Source of the DNA: Thermoplasmatota archaeon
GTDB taxonomy: Archaea; Thermoplasmatota; Penumbrarchaeia; Penumbrarchaeales; Penumbrarchaeaceae
NCBI GenBank assembly: GCA_965234725.1
Contig: CBDDUX010000007.1
Coordinates: forward strand, 32,001 to 96,000
DNA length: 64,000 nt
Reading direction: 5' to 3'
A program made the translations under genes and the position numbers. Positions 1-9,298 of this stretch are shown one piece after another. The notes under the pieces were generated by a model. The model ran no database searches, was not told the origin of the DNA, and saw nothing but the letters and a program-made list of their open reading frames with translations. Each line of letters starts with the position of its first letter. The first letter of the stretch is position 1.

Positions 1-1387
1 CTCCGACAACCGCCAAGTTATCAGATATCTCGATCTCCAGATCGATGTATTCACCGGTGGTGCACTGTGTAACACTTGAATCTATTCCGAAGATCGGTCT
101 GTCATTATCCATGATAGGGATATCCATTGGATGAGCGGACTCCATGTTTCCTTCCTCATCGGTGGCATGGAAAATGTAATGGAGTGTATCTATCGAACCT
201 GAAGGGATGGTGATCGTTTTTGAATAAGGACCAAGCCCAGCCATGACGTCGATGGTATGTAAACCATCACCGAACCAGTATTCAACGCTAACTTCTGTCA
301 CACCAATATTATCGGATACCTCGATCACAAAGTCGAAGGAATCAGCAGTGGTCCCATACATATCGGTTGTATCCGCTCCAAATATCGGTTTGTCATTGTC
401 AACAATTGTGACCTGTTCTGTCATTCCAAGATGTGTCCAAAGTCCGGCACTGTCTACGATCTGGATGGTATAATACAGCATATCAATGGAATCGAGTGGA
501 ACAGTGATCTGGTGGGTGTATGTTCCAGACATCTCGGTCATCGTTGCATTGGTCTGGGATCCTGTCCCGAACCAGTAAAGAACATAAGCATTCCCCATGG
601 CGACATTATCCGAAGCATCAATGCTGAAAGTGAAAGGATCACCAGTGGTCCCTGAAGAGGGTGTATCGTCAGAGTCAATTGAGGGCTTATCATTGTCCAT
701 TATCGTAATATCCACGGTGGTGGTCCTGGCCCAGTTCCCTGAAGTGTCTGCAGTCTGGAAGAAATAGTGGAAGGTCTCATAGGTGTCCTCTCTTAAGTCG
801 ATCGTGAGGGTGTAGGTCCCCATTGATCCGGACATCATATTGATGGAATGTGATCCTGTACCCCACCAGAACTCCACATAGACCACTATCAATCCGATAT
901 TGTCGGTGATCCCAATGGAGAAATCGAACTCCTCACCTGTGGTCCCGGAGGTGTCGGAACCATCGGTTCCGAATGTTGGAGGATCGTTATCCTTGACCGC
1001 GATATCCACCTGGGACGTTGAGGTCACATTGGCCAGATCATCCGTTGCCCAGAAGATGTAGTGAAGGGCATCTGTGGAACCCGAAGGAATTGTGATCGTA
1101 AGGGTGTAAGGTCCAGATCCTGACATGGTGTCGTTTGAATGCGACCCGGTCCCGAACCAATATTCAACTGTGACCAATGTTATCGCGCTGTTATCCGTAA
1201 CCACAATGCTGAAATCGAAATCGTCCCCGGTGGTGGCTGTGGTATCACTGCCATCCGTACCAAAAATCGGATCGTTGGGGGGTGCACCATCTACTCCGTA
1301 TGAGTCGTTCAGATAGCCTCCTGCACCCAAAATCAATATCGTTGACAATACAAGCGACAATACTATCATCGTCGTTTTTAACCTCAT
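1..1387 (-). CDS. Secreted/surface protein with tandem ~95-aa Ig-like repeats (3' end runs off the window)
   Basis: Not in the ORF track; translated by hand from ATG at 1387: MRLKTTMIVLSLVLSTILIFGAGG (signal peptide), then repeats of DND(P/K/R)PxFGxD..TTGxxFxFSIxxxDN...V.YWFGxG...Y..TITIP....LHY.F.A.D; open to base 1. Confidence 0.85.
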   Translation of the reverse strand, partial: MRLKTTMIVLSLVLSTILILGAGGYLNDSYGVDGAPPNDPIFGTDGSDTTATTGDDFDFSIVVTDNSAITLVTVEYWFGTGSHSNDTMSGSGPYTLTITIPSGSTDALHYIFWATDDLANVTSTSQVDIAVKDNDPPTFGTDGSDTSGTTGEEFDFSIGITDNIGLIVVYVEFWWGTGSHSINMMSGSMGTYTLTIDLREDTYETFHYFFQTADTSGNWARTTTVDITIMDNDKPSIDSDDTPSSGTTGDPFTFSIDASDNVAMGNAYVLYWFGTGSQTNATMTEMSGTYTHQITVPLDSIDMLYYTIQIVDSAGLWTHLGMTEQVTIVDNDKPIFGADTTDMYGTTADSFDFVIEVSDNIGVTEVSVEYWFGDGLHTIDVMAGLGPYSKTITIPSGSIDTLHYIFHATDEEGNMESAHPMDIPIMDNDRPIFGIDSSVTQCTTGEYIDLEIEISDNLAVVG

Positions 1388-1723
1388 AGGAACTTCCCCC
1401 AAGGGACTCTGAAACACGACCGTAAACTACTCTAGGTAGTCTATCATTACGGCCCGTAACCCCTTGTTCCGAGAGTGGTATTCATTCTTTTTAAGGTTAT
1501 CGAGCCTTTCAAGGTGAATTTCTTATACCTGGACCGGACAATCCCCGCATCCCCAGTTTCCGGGACTCTCCTTTATCTGATTGGACTACGTAATAATCAT
1601 CCTGTTTCACCGGGGATCTGATACGGGAAAAACTGATCGGGATCCTCCGTTCCAACGAATTGGATATATGGAAGAAAGCTATTCCCCGAAAACAGAAGAT
1701 TATTCATAAGGATCTAAGGATAG

Positions 1724-2212
1724 GTGATGATTTTGAAGATACTGATTGCATACTATTCCTATGAAGGGAACACCAAGTTGCTTGCAGAGACCATGGCCAA
1801 TGAGATCGGTGCTGACCTTCTTCAGATAATCCCTGAAAAAGAGATGAAAAGCAAAGGATTCATGAAGTTCGTTTGGGGAGGCAAAGAAGCTGTGATGGGA
1901 GAAAAACCACTTATAAAGAAACCTGAAATAGACCCCAAGGTCTATGATATGACCATAATCGGAACTCCTGTATGGGCTGGAAGACCGGCACCTCCAATCA
2001 AGACCTTCATGACCGATCTCCTTCCACCTGGGAAGGATCTCGCTTTCTTCTATTCCTTTGAAGGGGGAGAGGGGAAAACCTTCCAGATAATGGAAAAAAT
2101 GGCAAATGGCGGAAATATTGTCGGGAAGAAGGGATTCATGGCACCATTGAAGAAGGACAGGGAAGCATGTCTTGAAAATGGCAAAACATGGGTATCCTCC
2201 CTGCTGAAGTAA
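1724..2212 (+). CDS. Flavodoxin family protein
   Basis: YYSYEGNT FMN phosphate loop and IIGTPVWAG motif. Confidence 0.9.
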   Translation: MMILKILIAYYSYEGNTKLLAETMANEIGADLLQIIPEKEMKSKGFMKFVWGGKEAVMGEKPLIKKPEIDPKVYDMTIIGTPVWAGRPAPPIKTFMTDLLPPGKDLAFFYSFEGGEGKTFQIMEKMANGGNIVGKKGFMAPLKKDREACLENGKTWVSSLLK

Positions 2213-2259
2213 GAAAAGATCTGATATAAAGTTCCAATTATACATGGCTGGGAATACAA

Positions 2260-2829
2260 ATGGAACTGATGGATGCAATAAATCAAAGAAAGTCATACAG
2301 GGCCCTGGATCCAATTGAGATCACGGATGAGATGGTTGAAGAGTTGATGCAGGCCGCATCAAGAGCCCCTTCCTGTAATAACAATCAACCTTGGAGATTC
2401 ATATTTATCAGGGACCATGAAAGACTGGATAAGATCAAAGGGAAGCTATCCATGGGCAACTACTGGGGAGACCGGGGATCCATGATCATTGCACTGATCT
2501 CCCGGCCTGATCTGGATTGCCAGATAGAGGACAGGGATTACTACCTCCTTGATTCCGGGATGGCAATGGGATTCATACTTCTCAAAGCCACGGAAATGGG
2601 ACTTGCCTCCCATCCTATAGCAGGTTTTGACCAGAATGCCGTCAAAGAGATACTTGAGATACCCGAGGACTATCAGCTCCTTCCCCTGATCATCATAGGA
2701 AAGAGATCAGAAGACCTCGACCTTCTCACTAAGGACTGGCAGAAGGAATCAGAGAACAAGAGGTCCGAAAGAAGACCGCTCGAGGAGGTCATGTCAATGG
2801 ACCGACATGGGTTCAATGATCCACGTTGA
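2260..2829 (+). CDS. Nitroreductase family protein
   Basis: RKSYR, APSCNNNQPWRF, LxATEMGLASHPIAGF motifs. Confidence 0.93.
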   Translation: MELMDAINQRKSYRALDPIEITDEMVEELMQAASRAPSCNNNQPWRFIFIRDHERLDKIKGKLSMGNYWGDRGSMIIALISRPDLDCQIEDRDYYLLDSGMAMGFILLKATEMGLASHPIAGFDQNAVKEILEIPEDYQLLPLIIIGKRSEDLDLLTKDWQKESENKRSERRPLEEVMSMDRHGFNDPR

Positions 2830-4003
2830 TCCGTTCTTGTATCCTCTTGAGCCTTTCAATCACCGGACCGTCGCCCTCTATGACCCTGGCATGGCCCCTT
2901 TTTATAAGCTCACCATTTACAAAGATCATGTTCTTGAGAAAAACCAGATGGCCGGTGATATTATCATCTTCTTTCAGGGTCACCTCTTTCCCCTGAACAT
3001 ATCTCCTCAGGTAGTTGAGGGCCTCTTTTTTATGGGAGATCAACAACCCGGCCAGATCGATCCTTTGGCCGTCTTGTAGGACGATCGTTAGATCATCATT
3101 GATGGAGGATACCCTGATCAGGTCCCTTTCTGGCTCCATTTCCGTGGGAGGATAAGCATTGGTCAAGCGTGGAATATAAAGATCGTCCCATTCAGGAATG
3201 GACTGATCCACCAGATGGGTTATCTCCATTCCATTCTTACAGGATCTCTTTATCAGATCTATAAAATCCCCGTTGAGTTCGAATCCCATTCCTTTCCTTC
3301 CCAGCTCTAATGAGGCTTTGAGAGTGGTCCCACTTCCAAGGAATGGGTCGAGCACTGTCTCTCCCCTGAATGTGAACATCCTTATCAACCTCGAGGGGAG
3401 CTCCATAGGAAACATGGCCTCGTGAGAGATCTGTCTCTCACCGGGGAAGGTCCAATGTGAGAGATGGAATGTCTTCCATTCCTCCTTTGTCATTTTCGAT
3501 CCTTCCTTCAACTCACTGGACCTTGGTGGGACCTTCCCCGGCTTCCTGAAGATCAGAATATGTTCGTAATCTATCTCCACAATGCCGTTAGGTGGAAAAG
3601 GATAAGATCCCATCACAACAGCCCCGCCGGAAGTGTTCATTGTGGTCCTTTTCCTCCAAATGATGGACCCCATGAAATCCATACCAAGCATTTCCAGCTG
3701 AGAAATGACCTCAGCATGAAGAGGTATCACTTTGTATCTGCCGAAGAGGGATGCTCTGGCAAACTGGTCTCCAATATTGATGCATATTCTCCTACCTGGT
3801 CTAAGGACCCTGATACATTCTTTCCAGACAAGATAAAGGTCCTTCAGGTAGGAATGAAGGTCCTGTCCATGGCCAATTTGAGCTTCGATCCCATAGTCCT
3901 TGATATGCCAGTATGGTGGTGATGTTACAACAAGGTCAACAGAATCATCAGTAAGGATGGACATATCCCTGGAATCTCCGATGAAAGCACTTTGACCGAT
4001 CAC
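2813..4003 (-). CDS. Site-specific DNA methyltransferase (beta class, probably N4-cytosine) with C-terminal thermonuclease (SNase)-like domain
   Basis: VVTSPPYW (motif IV) precedes VLDPFLGSGTT (motif I); C-terminal ~100 aa resemble the SNase fold (TIVLQDGQRIDLAGL...GKEVTL...FVNGELIKRGHA). Confidence 0.88.
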   Translation of the reverse strand: MIGQSAFIGDSRDMSILTDDSVDLVVTSPPYWHIKDYGIEAQIGHGQDLHSYLKDLYLVWKECIRVLRPGRRICINIGDQFARASLFGRYKVIPLHAEVISQLEMLGMDFMGSIIWRKRTTMNTSGGAVVMGSYPFPPNGIVEIDYEHILIFRKPGKVPPRSSELKEGSKMTKEEWKTFHLSHWTFPGERQISHEAMFPMELPSRLIRMFTFRGETVLDPFLGSGTTLKASLELGRKGMGFELNGDFIDLIKRSCKNGMEITHLVDQSIPEWDDLYIPRLTNAYPPTEMEPERDLIRVSSINDDLTIVLQDGQRIDLAGLLISHKKEALNYLRRYVQGKEVTLKEDDNITGHLVFLKNMIFVNGELIKRGHARVIEGDGPVIERLKRIQERINVDH

Positions 4004-4099
4004 GCTGACCCAAAAGGAAGGTATTTATTTCAAGGTTGGCACCCTCAGACCATTTATCGGAAACCATCTTTGTGATAAGGGGTCACTTCAATTGACAGG

Positions 4100-4288
4100 T
4101 CACCTTTTAGTCCTTAGATAGTTCTCGACGGACCGGTCATAAGTCGCTTCCGCCTTAGAATCGAAGTAACAAGCAGGAAGCTCTCCTCTTCTCCGGTGAT
4201 ATTCCACACATTCACAGCACTTTCCCCTTCTAGAGCAAGGGTAAGTGCAATTACACCTTTCCAGGTTCTCCTGAATGCTGCATTCCAT
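4100..4288 (-). CDS. Small Cys-rich cytosolic protein (DUF6485-like)
   Basis: [42 protein letters not shown]...YDRS; ATG at 4288 preferred over the longer track ORF. Confidence 0.75.
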   Translation of the reverse strand: MECSIQENLERCNCTYPCSRRGKCCECVEYHRRRGELPACYFDSKAEATYDRSVENYLRTKR

Positions 4289-4669
4289 AGGTCGATATAT
4301 TCGAATGGATAAATATGGGTTCTGGATTGAAACATATCTGCTGTGACCTGCCCTTTTCCCTTTAAATAAAAATAATCCCGATACCATATTAACCTGCCTG
4401 GGGATGTTATTATCCGTTCCCATGACCACAAATGAATACATTAACCAGATCCTGAGTAGAAAGATCGAAGTTCCAGTCCCACCAGAACCCCCCATATTTC
4501 CCTGGGAAAGTGATCATAGAAAAAGGTCAAGGGACCCATGAAATTGAAAACAGCAAGGAGAAGATTGGTCCGCAAAAGGACAGATGTGTGATTCTTTACT
4601 GATCCTCCTTTTTCATGGTCTGCGGGATAATGATTTCTATTCGTTTTCAGATCGGTGTTTGGTGATGAT

Positions 4670-5020
4670 ATGAACAAACGGATAGCTCTTTTCGCTTTCA
4701 ACGGGGACCCTATGTGCTTCATACATGTGCTCCTCAATACGATCGATATGAAGGACAAAGGGTATGATGTCGCCCTGGTCATCGAAGGCAGTGCAACTGG
4801 ATTGATACCTGAGATAAGTAAGGAAGAGCACCCACTGAACCCATTATTCAAGAAGGTAAAGGAAACTGGTCTGATCGATTGTGTTTGCAAAGCCTGCGCC
4901 AACAAGATGGATGTTCTGAAGGAAGTGGAAAAGGAAAACCTTCCATTGTGCGGACCCATGTCAGGCCATCCTTCCATGGCTGAATATATCAACAGGGGTT
5001 ATGATGTGATCTCGTTCTGA
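4670..5020 (+). CDS. DsrE-like family protein
   Basis: ALFAFNGDPMCFIHVLLN, VIEG, CVCKACA, GHPSMAEYINRGYDVISF; GGTGA RBS before ATG 4670. Confidence 0.8.
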   Translation: MNKRIALFAFNGDPMCFIHVLLNTIDMKDKGYDVALVIEGSATGLIPEISKEEHPLNPLFKKVKETGLIDCVCKACANKMDVLKEVEKENLPLCGPMSGHPSMAEYINRGYDVISF

Positions 5021-5084
5021 AAGAATTTTAAAAAGCATTTTTTCCCATTATGGATACCTATAAATATCCGCCTACCATTGAAAC

Positions 5085-5663
5085 ATGGGTTTCATGTTCT
5101 TCAAAAGGGATTACATCAATGTTCCCAACGCACTTTCAATATCTCGCATAGTACTCCTTCCATTTCTCATTCTGATGGTAATTCAGGGGAAGAATATGAT
5201 CTTCCTCATGTCCTACATTCTCCTTGGTTCCACAGACCTCTTCGACGGTATTGTCGCCAGGAAGTTCGATCAGAAAAGTGAGGTGGGAAAGACCCTTGAT
5301 TCCGTAGCGGACCTGGTCTTCTATCTGGGGTCTCTGTTCTTCATCTATGTGATGTTCCCTCAAGTAGTAAATGGCAATGCTGTCTTCCTGATCATTTTCT
5401 TCATGTTCTTTTCTATGTCGTTCATTGTGAGCACCGTTCGATTTGGAAAACCGATACTTATGCATACTCAATTGCTAAGACTTAATGCGGTGCTGGTCTA
5501 TCTTCTCGTTATTTTCTCCTTCCTATTCGATACAACGTTCATGGGTACCATCATTATCTTCATCTATTACGCAGCATTCACTGAAGAGATCATTATATTC
5601 CTGAAATACGATGACTTCGATAGGGATGCAAAGTCGATCTTCCATCTTATATTGGACAAATGA
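5085..5663 (+). CDS. CDP-alcohol phosphatidyltransferase family protein
   Basis: NVPNALSISR and DLFDGIVARKFDQKSEVGKTLDSVAD signature; several TM segments. Confidence 0.92.
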   Translation: MGFMFFKRDYINVPNALSISRIVLLPFLILMVIQGKNMIFLMSYILLGSTDLFDGIVARKFDQKSEVGKTLDSVADLVFYLGSLFFIYVMFPQVVNGNAVFLIIFFMFFSMSFIVSTVRFGKPILMHTQLLRLNAVLVYLLVIFSFLFDTTFMGTIIIFIYYAAFTEEIIIFLKYDDFDRDAKSIFHLILDK

Positions 5664-5785
5664 GATCACCTGGAATCTTGAAGGTTTATCGGATCAACAC
5701 GGGTAAGAAGGACCTCATGAGGGACCTACGGTTTTATACCAAACAATTTCTATATGAGAACTCGAAGAATATGCCGGGAGATAAT

Positions 5786-8700
5786 ATGAGATGGAATTTG
5801 GTTTCTATTATTGTGATTGCATTAATAGCGGGAGCTGGTCCCCTTGGCCTGATCAATTCATCCGGTATCAAAGAGAACGATGATAGGATCGAGGCCCCTA
5901 TCTCTTCATATGTAGCACATTCCACGATCCGGATCGATAATTCCTCTCATCTGGCCGAGATGGTTCTCCTCGAAGGCTGGGAAGGGAATGGAACAAAAGA
6001 GGACCCTTATATTATCAAGGGACTGGAGATCGATGGTAACAGTTCTAGCTATTGTATCTACATCAGATATACCCAGGAGCATTTGATAATAGAGGATTGC
6101 AGGTTGTTCAATGGTAGTCTGGGGGGATATTATAACAGATATTCTCTTGTAATGGATTATTGTCGAAATGTAACCATCAGGAACTGTGAGATCGATAATA
6201 TGGATTTTCTAGATACGGATAAATTGGTGATATCCAACATCTCCTGGAGGGCAGATGAGAGCGCCAATATAGACCTTCAATACTGCGATAATGTCCATCT
6301 ATCCAACATCGAGATGAGGAACGACACATCCCAGATAGCTTACTGTGGGAATATCATTATTGAAGATTGTCTTATCGAAGGACCTAATGTACTACTGTCC
6401 ATGATCGGTGGATCATGGGATGGAGGAGATTCAATTATCAGGAACTGTACATTCAAGGAAACCTATGGAGGGGGAAATCCCGAAGGGATCCGTATCTCGA
6501 ACAACCCACACATCCATCTCTATAACAATCATTTCATGAAGTCCTACCCTTATGTATATTTCTACGGCAGCCCGGACTTTCTGGAGACCATTTCAATACC
6601 TCCCAACAATACCGTAAACGGCAAACCTCTAATTTCTGTGATCTCAGAGGACCTGGGGTGGGAAGAGGTACCAGATGACGGAAGCTACTACCTATTCCTC
6701 TATTCGAAGAATATAACGGTGAAAGATGTTGTCTTACCCAAAGATTCCATTGGATTCTCGGCTCTGGCTTGTACCGGGATCTCATTCGATGGAGTCTCCA
6801 TCCCTGCTGATTCCCTGAGGGGAATATTCACGGACCAGACAGACATGATCTCGATAAACGATACCACCTTCTCCAATGCTGGTGACGGCATTAGGATGGA
6901 CCAGGTGATCCATTTCTCGATCACGAACAGTACCTTTTCCGGTTGCAACAGAGGTATAATGCTGAACTATGCCTATCAGAGCGGAACCTATCCCTCAGAG
7001 ATCTCCAATTGCAGGTTCAATAAATGTGACTTGGGCTTAAGGGCGAACGATATCGATTCTGTAAAATTACATAACTGCACGTTCAATTCTTCAGGTACAG
7101 GAATGGAGATGGAGAGGTCCTATGGTTGGCAGATATGTGAGAATACTTTCCAGGGATCTAACGGGTCCGCGATCTCCATGCTGAGAGGGTCCTTGGAGAA
7201 CTGGGTCTATTGGAATATTTTCAGAGATAACAACATCTTCAACGGGACCCAACTACCACAGGTTGAGGACACATCCGATCTGACCAGATGGTACAATCCA
7301 GATCTGGAAGAGGGGAATTGGTGGTCGGATCATAGAGGTCCAGACCTCGACAGGGATGGCATAGTCGATAAACCCTATTTGATCGATGAATGGAGGGTCA
7401 CTGATCCGAAACCCCTTGTATCATTTCCAAAAACCTCACAAAAAGCGCCGGAAGGGTTCGAAATATCGGTTGAAAACGCAAAAGTGAAGATCATGTGGAA
7501 CCCTCCATCCGAGGAGAATGTCCCGGTCATAAAGGGTTATCATATCTACAGAACAAAGTCTGGTAACATTACTTTGACAAGGATCGATGTGGAACCCGAT
7601 AGATGGTCTTATACAGACAACTTCGTAGTTTTCGGGGAGGAATACACTTACTGGATGACATCGTATAATCTCAGAGAGGAATCGGAAGGATCAGAGGTTC
7701 TGACAACCTTTGTCTTCGATCGACCGGGGATCGTTAACAACCTTACCTACATGTGCAACAGAACGACCATCAATCTTTCATGGGATCCTCCAGGATTCGA
7801 CGGAGGCTCACCTATTATCGGATATAACATCCACAGGTCCCTATCACCCATAGCCTGGACCATGATCGGGAAGTCAGATCATCCATGGTATCAGGATGAT
7901 GAGATCGAGATCGGCCAGGTCTATTACTACTTCATAACAGCAAGAAATATTGTAGGAGAGGGTGATCTTTCAGGATCATTCATGGTAGAGGCTTTTACCA
8001 CTCCTGATCCCCCCAATGTAAAGGTAGATTCAACCGGTGAGGATTATATCTCGATATCCTGGTCGGAACCTATTTTCACCGGAGGTACCGATCTCGTTTC
8101 GTATAAGATCTTCAGAGGATCAGACAACGATACACTTGTATATCTTGCCACTGTCGATCCCTCAAGTAATAGTTTTAATGATACTGGCCTCTCCGAGGGT
8201 TTGACCTATTACTATGCTGTCTCATCAGTAAACTCCAAGGGAGAATCGATCATAAGCAGGGTCCTGAACGTTACTGTTAATATGATCAGACCGGACCTTC
8301 CCAGACCGAATTCTCTTGATGCGGTTCCGGGAAACGGGAACGTGGTCTTATCGTTCCAACCTCCGGAATTACTGGATGATCTTGTGTTGCTTCATTACCA
8401 TGTTTACCGGAGGGAAGTGGGATACGAGTATGCATTGATCTCCACAACAGTGTCAACAAGATATAGGGATGACACTGTCATCAATGGAATAACTTACGAT
8501 TATAGGGTAACGGCCGTATATGCCAACGGTGAATCCGGTCCCACCCCATCCGTAACTGTAATACCAGAGGCAGGGATCTCCCCATTTGGGCTGCCGAGGG
8601 ATCTCTGGATAAGTGCTGGCAATGGTCATGTGATCCTACGGTGGTTGGAACCAGCAGATAATAGGAACGGATCGATATTGAGATACAATATCTACTCTGG

Positions 8701-9295
8701 TGAATCATCGAACCTATCCGAGATCGTAGGTTCTGCAGATGGAAGCCAGAGGTCTGTGGCCATCAACGACCTTGAAAATGGTGTTACATACAGGTTCTAC
8801 CTCTCAGCTGTCTATTTTCAGGGAGAGTCGGACCTGGCAGGTCCTGTCGAAGCCACACCCCAGGGATCGGATCCGCCTCCAGGGGTGCCAATTGGGTTTA
8901 ATGCCAAACTGAACGGTACTGGGGTCCTGTTGACCTGGACTCCTCCACCTGGACCGGTATCCGGGTTCAGGATCTACAGGTCCGAGGGAGGGGAAGGGTC
9001 CAGGGTGATGATAACCGAGATACTGAATGGAAATGTGACCTTCCGTGATCTGAATATCTCAGAAGGTGCCAGCTATAGATACTCTATTTCGGCTTTCAAC
9101 GATAATGGAGAGGGGCCAAGGACCATTGATGTCCTGATCACCATCCCCATAAGTGAAGATGAGGAACCGGATGTCGAGCAGAGTCTGGACATCTGGATCT
9201 ATATTGCTATTGGAGCTGCTATCCTTCTCTTTTTAGTTCCCCTTATATTCCTCCTTGCAAGGAGGGATCTGAAAGAGGAACCGTTCGAGGAATGA
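5786..9295 (+). CDS. Membrane-anchored surface protein: right-handed beta-helix/NosD region plus about 6 fibronectin type III domains
   Basis: Signal peptide MRWNLVSIIVIALIAG; GNGTKEDPYII; Asn-rich beta-helix; GNWWSD..D.DGIVD.PY; FN3 motifs (LSWDPP..DGGSPIIGYNI, Y.Y.V.A.N..GE); C-terminal TM plus ARRDLKEEPFEE. Start placed at ATG 5786. Confidence 0.88.
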   Translation: MRWNLVSIIVIALIAGAGPLGLINSSGIKENDDRIEAPISSYVAHSTIRIDNSSHLAEMVLLEGWEGNGTKEDPYIIKGLEIDGNSSSYCIYIRYTQEHLIIEDCRLFNGSLGGYYNRYSLVMDYCRNVTIRNCEIDNMDFLDTDKLVISNISWRADESANIDLQYCDNVHLSNIEMRNDTSQIAYCGNIIIEDCLIEGPNVLLSMIGGSWDGGDSIIRNCTFKETYGGGNPEGIRISNNPHIHLYNNHFMKSYPYVYFYGSPDFLETISIPPNNTVNGKPLISVISEDLGWEEVPDDGSYYLFLYSKNITVKDVVLPKDSIGFSALACTGISFDGVSIPADSLRGIFTDQTDMISINDTTFSNAGDGIRMDQVIHFSITNSTFSGCNRGIMLNYAYQSGTYPSEISNCRFNKCDLGLRANDIDSVKLHNCTFNSSGTGMEMERSYGWQICENTFQGSNGSAISMLRGSLENWVYWNIFRDNNIFNGTQLPQVEDTSDLTRWYNPDLEEGNWWSDHRGPDLDRDGIVDKPYLIDEWRVTDPKPLVSFPKTSQKAPEGFEISVENAKVKIMWNPPSEENVPVIKGYHIYRTKSGNITLTRIDVEPDRWSYTDNFVVFGEEYTYWMTSYNLREESEGSEVLTTFVFDRPGIVNNLTYMCNRTTINLSWDPPGFDGGSPIIGYNIHRSLSPIAWTMIGKSDHPWYQDDEIEIGQVYYYFITARNIVGEGDLSGSFMVEAFTTPDPPNVKVDSTGEDYISISWSEPIFTGGTDLVSYKIFRGSDNDTLVYLATVDPSSNSFNDTGLSEGLTYYYAVSSVNSKGESIISRVLNVTVNMIRPDLPRPNSLDAVPGNGNVVLSFQPPELLDDLVLLHYHVYRREVGYEYALISTTVSTRYRDDTVINGITYDYRVTAVYANGESGPTPSVTVIPEAGISPFGLPRDLWISAGNGHVILRWLEPADNRNGSILRYNIYSGESSNLSEIVGSADGSQRSVAINDLENGVTYRFYLSAVYFQGESDLAGPVEATPQGSDPPPGVPIGFNAKLNGTGVLLTWTPPPGPVSGFRIYRSEGGEGSRVMITEILNGNVTFRDLNISEGASYRYSISAFNDNGEGPRTIDVLITIPISEDEEPDVEQSLDIWIYIAIGAAILLFLVPLIFLLARRDLKEEPFEE

Positions 9296-9298
9296 TCC

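Noticed and set aside
243-1316. Short plus-strand ORFs in the track, and most other short antisense ORFs in the window
   Set aside because: They lie opposite longer genes with clear motifs and have no features of their own.
4422-4541. 39-codon ORF ([28 protein letters not shown]...) after a TATA-like tttaaata
   Set aside because: Too short, no recognisable motif or RBS; cannot be supported without homologs or ribosome profiling.
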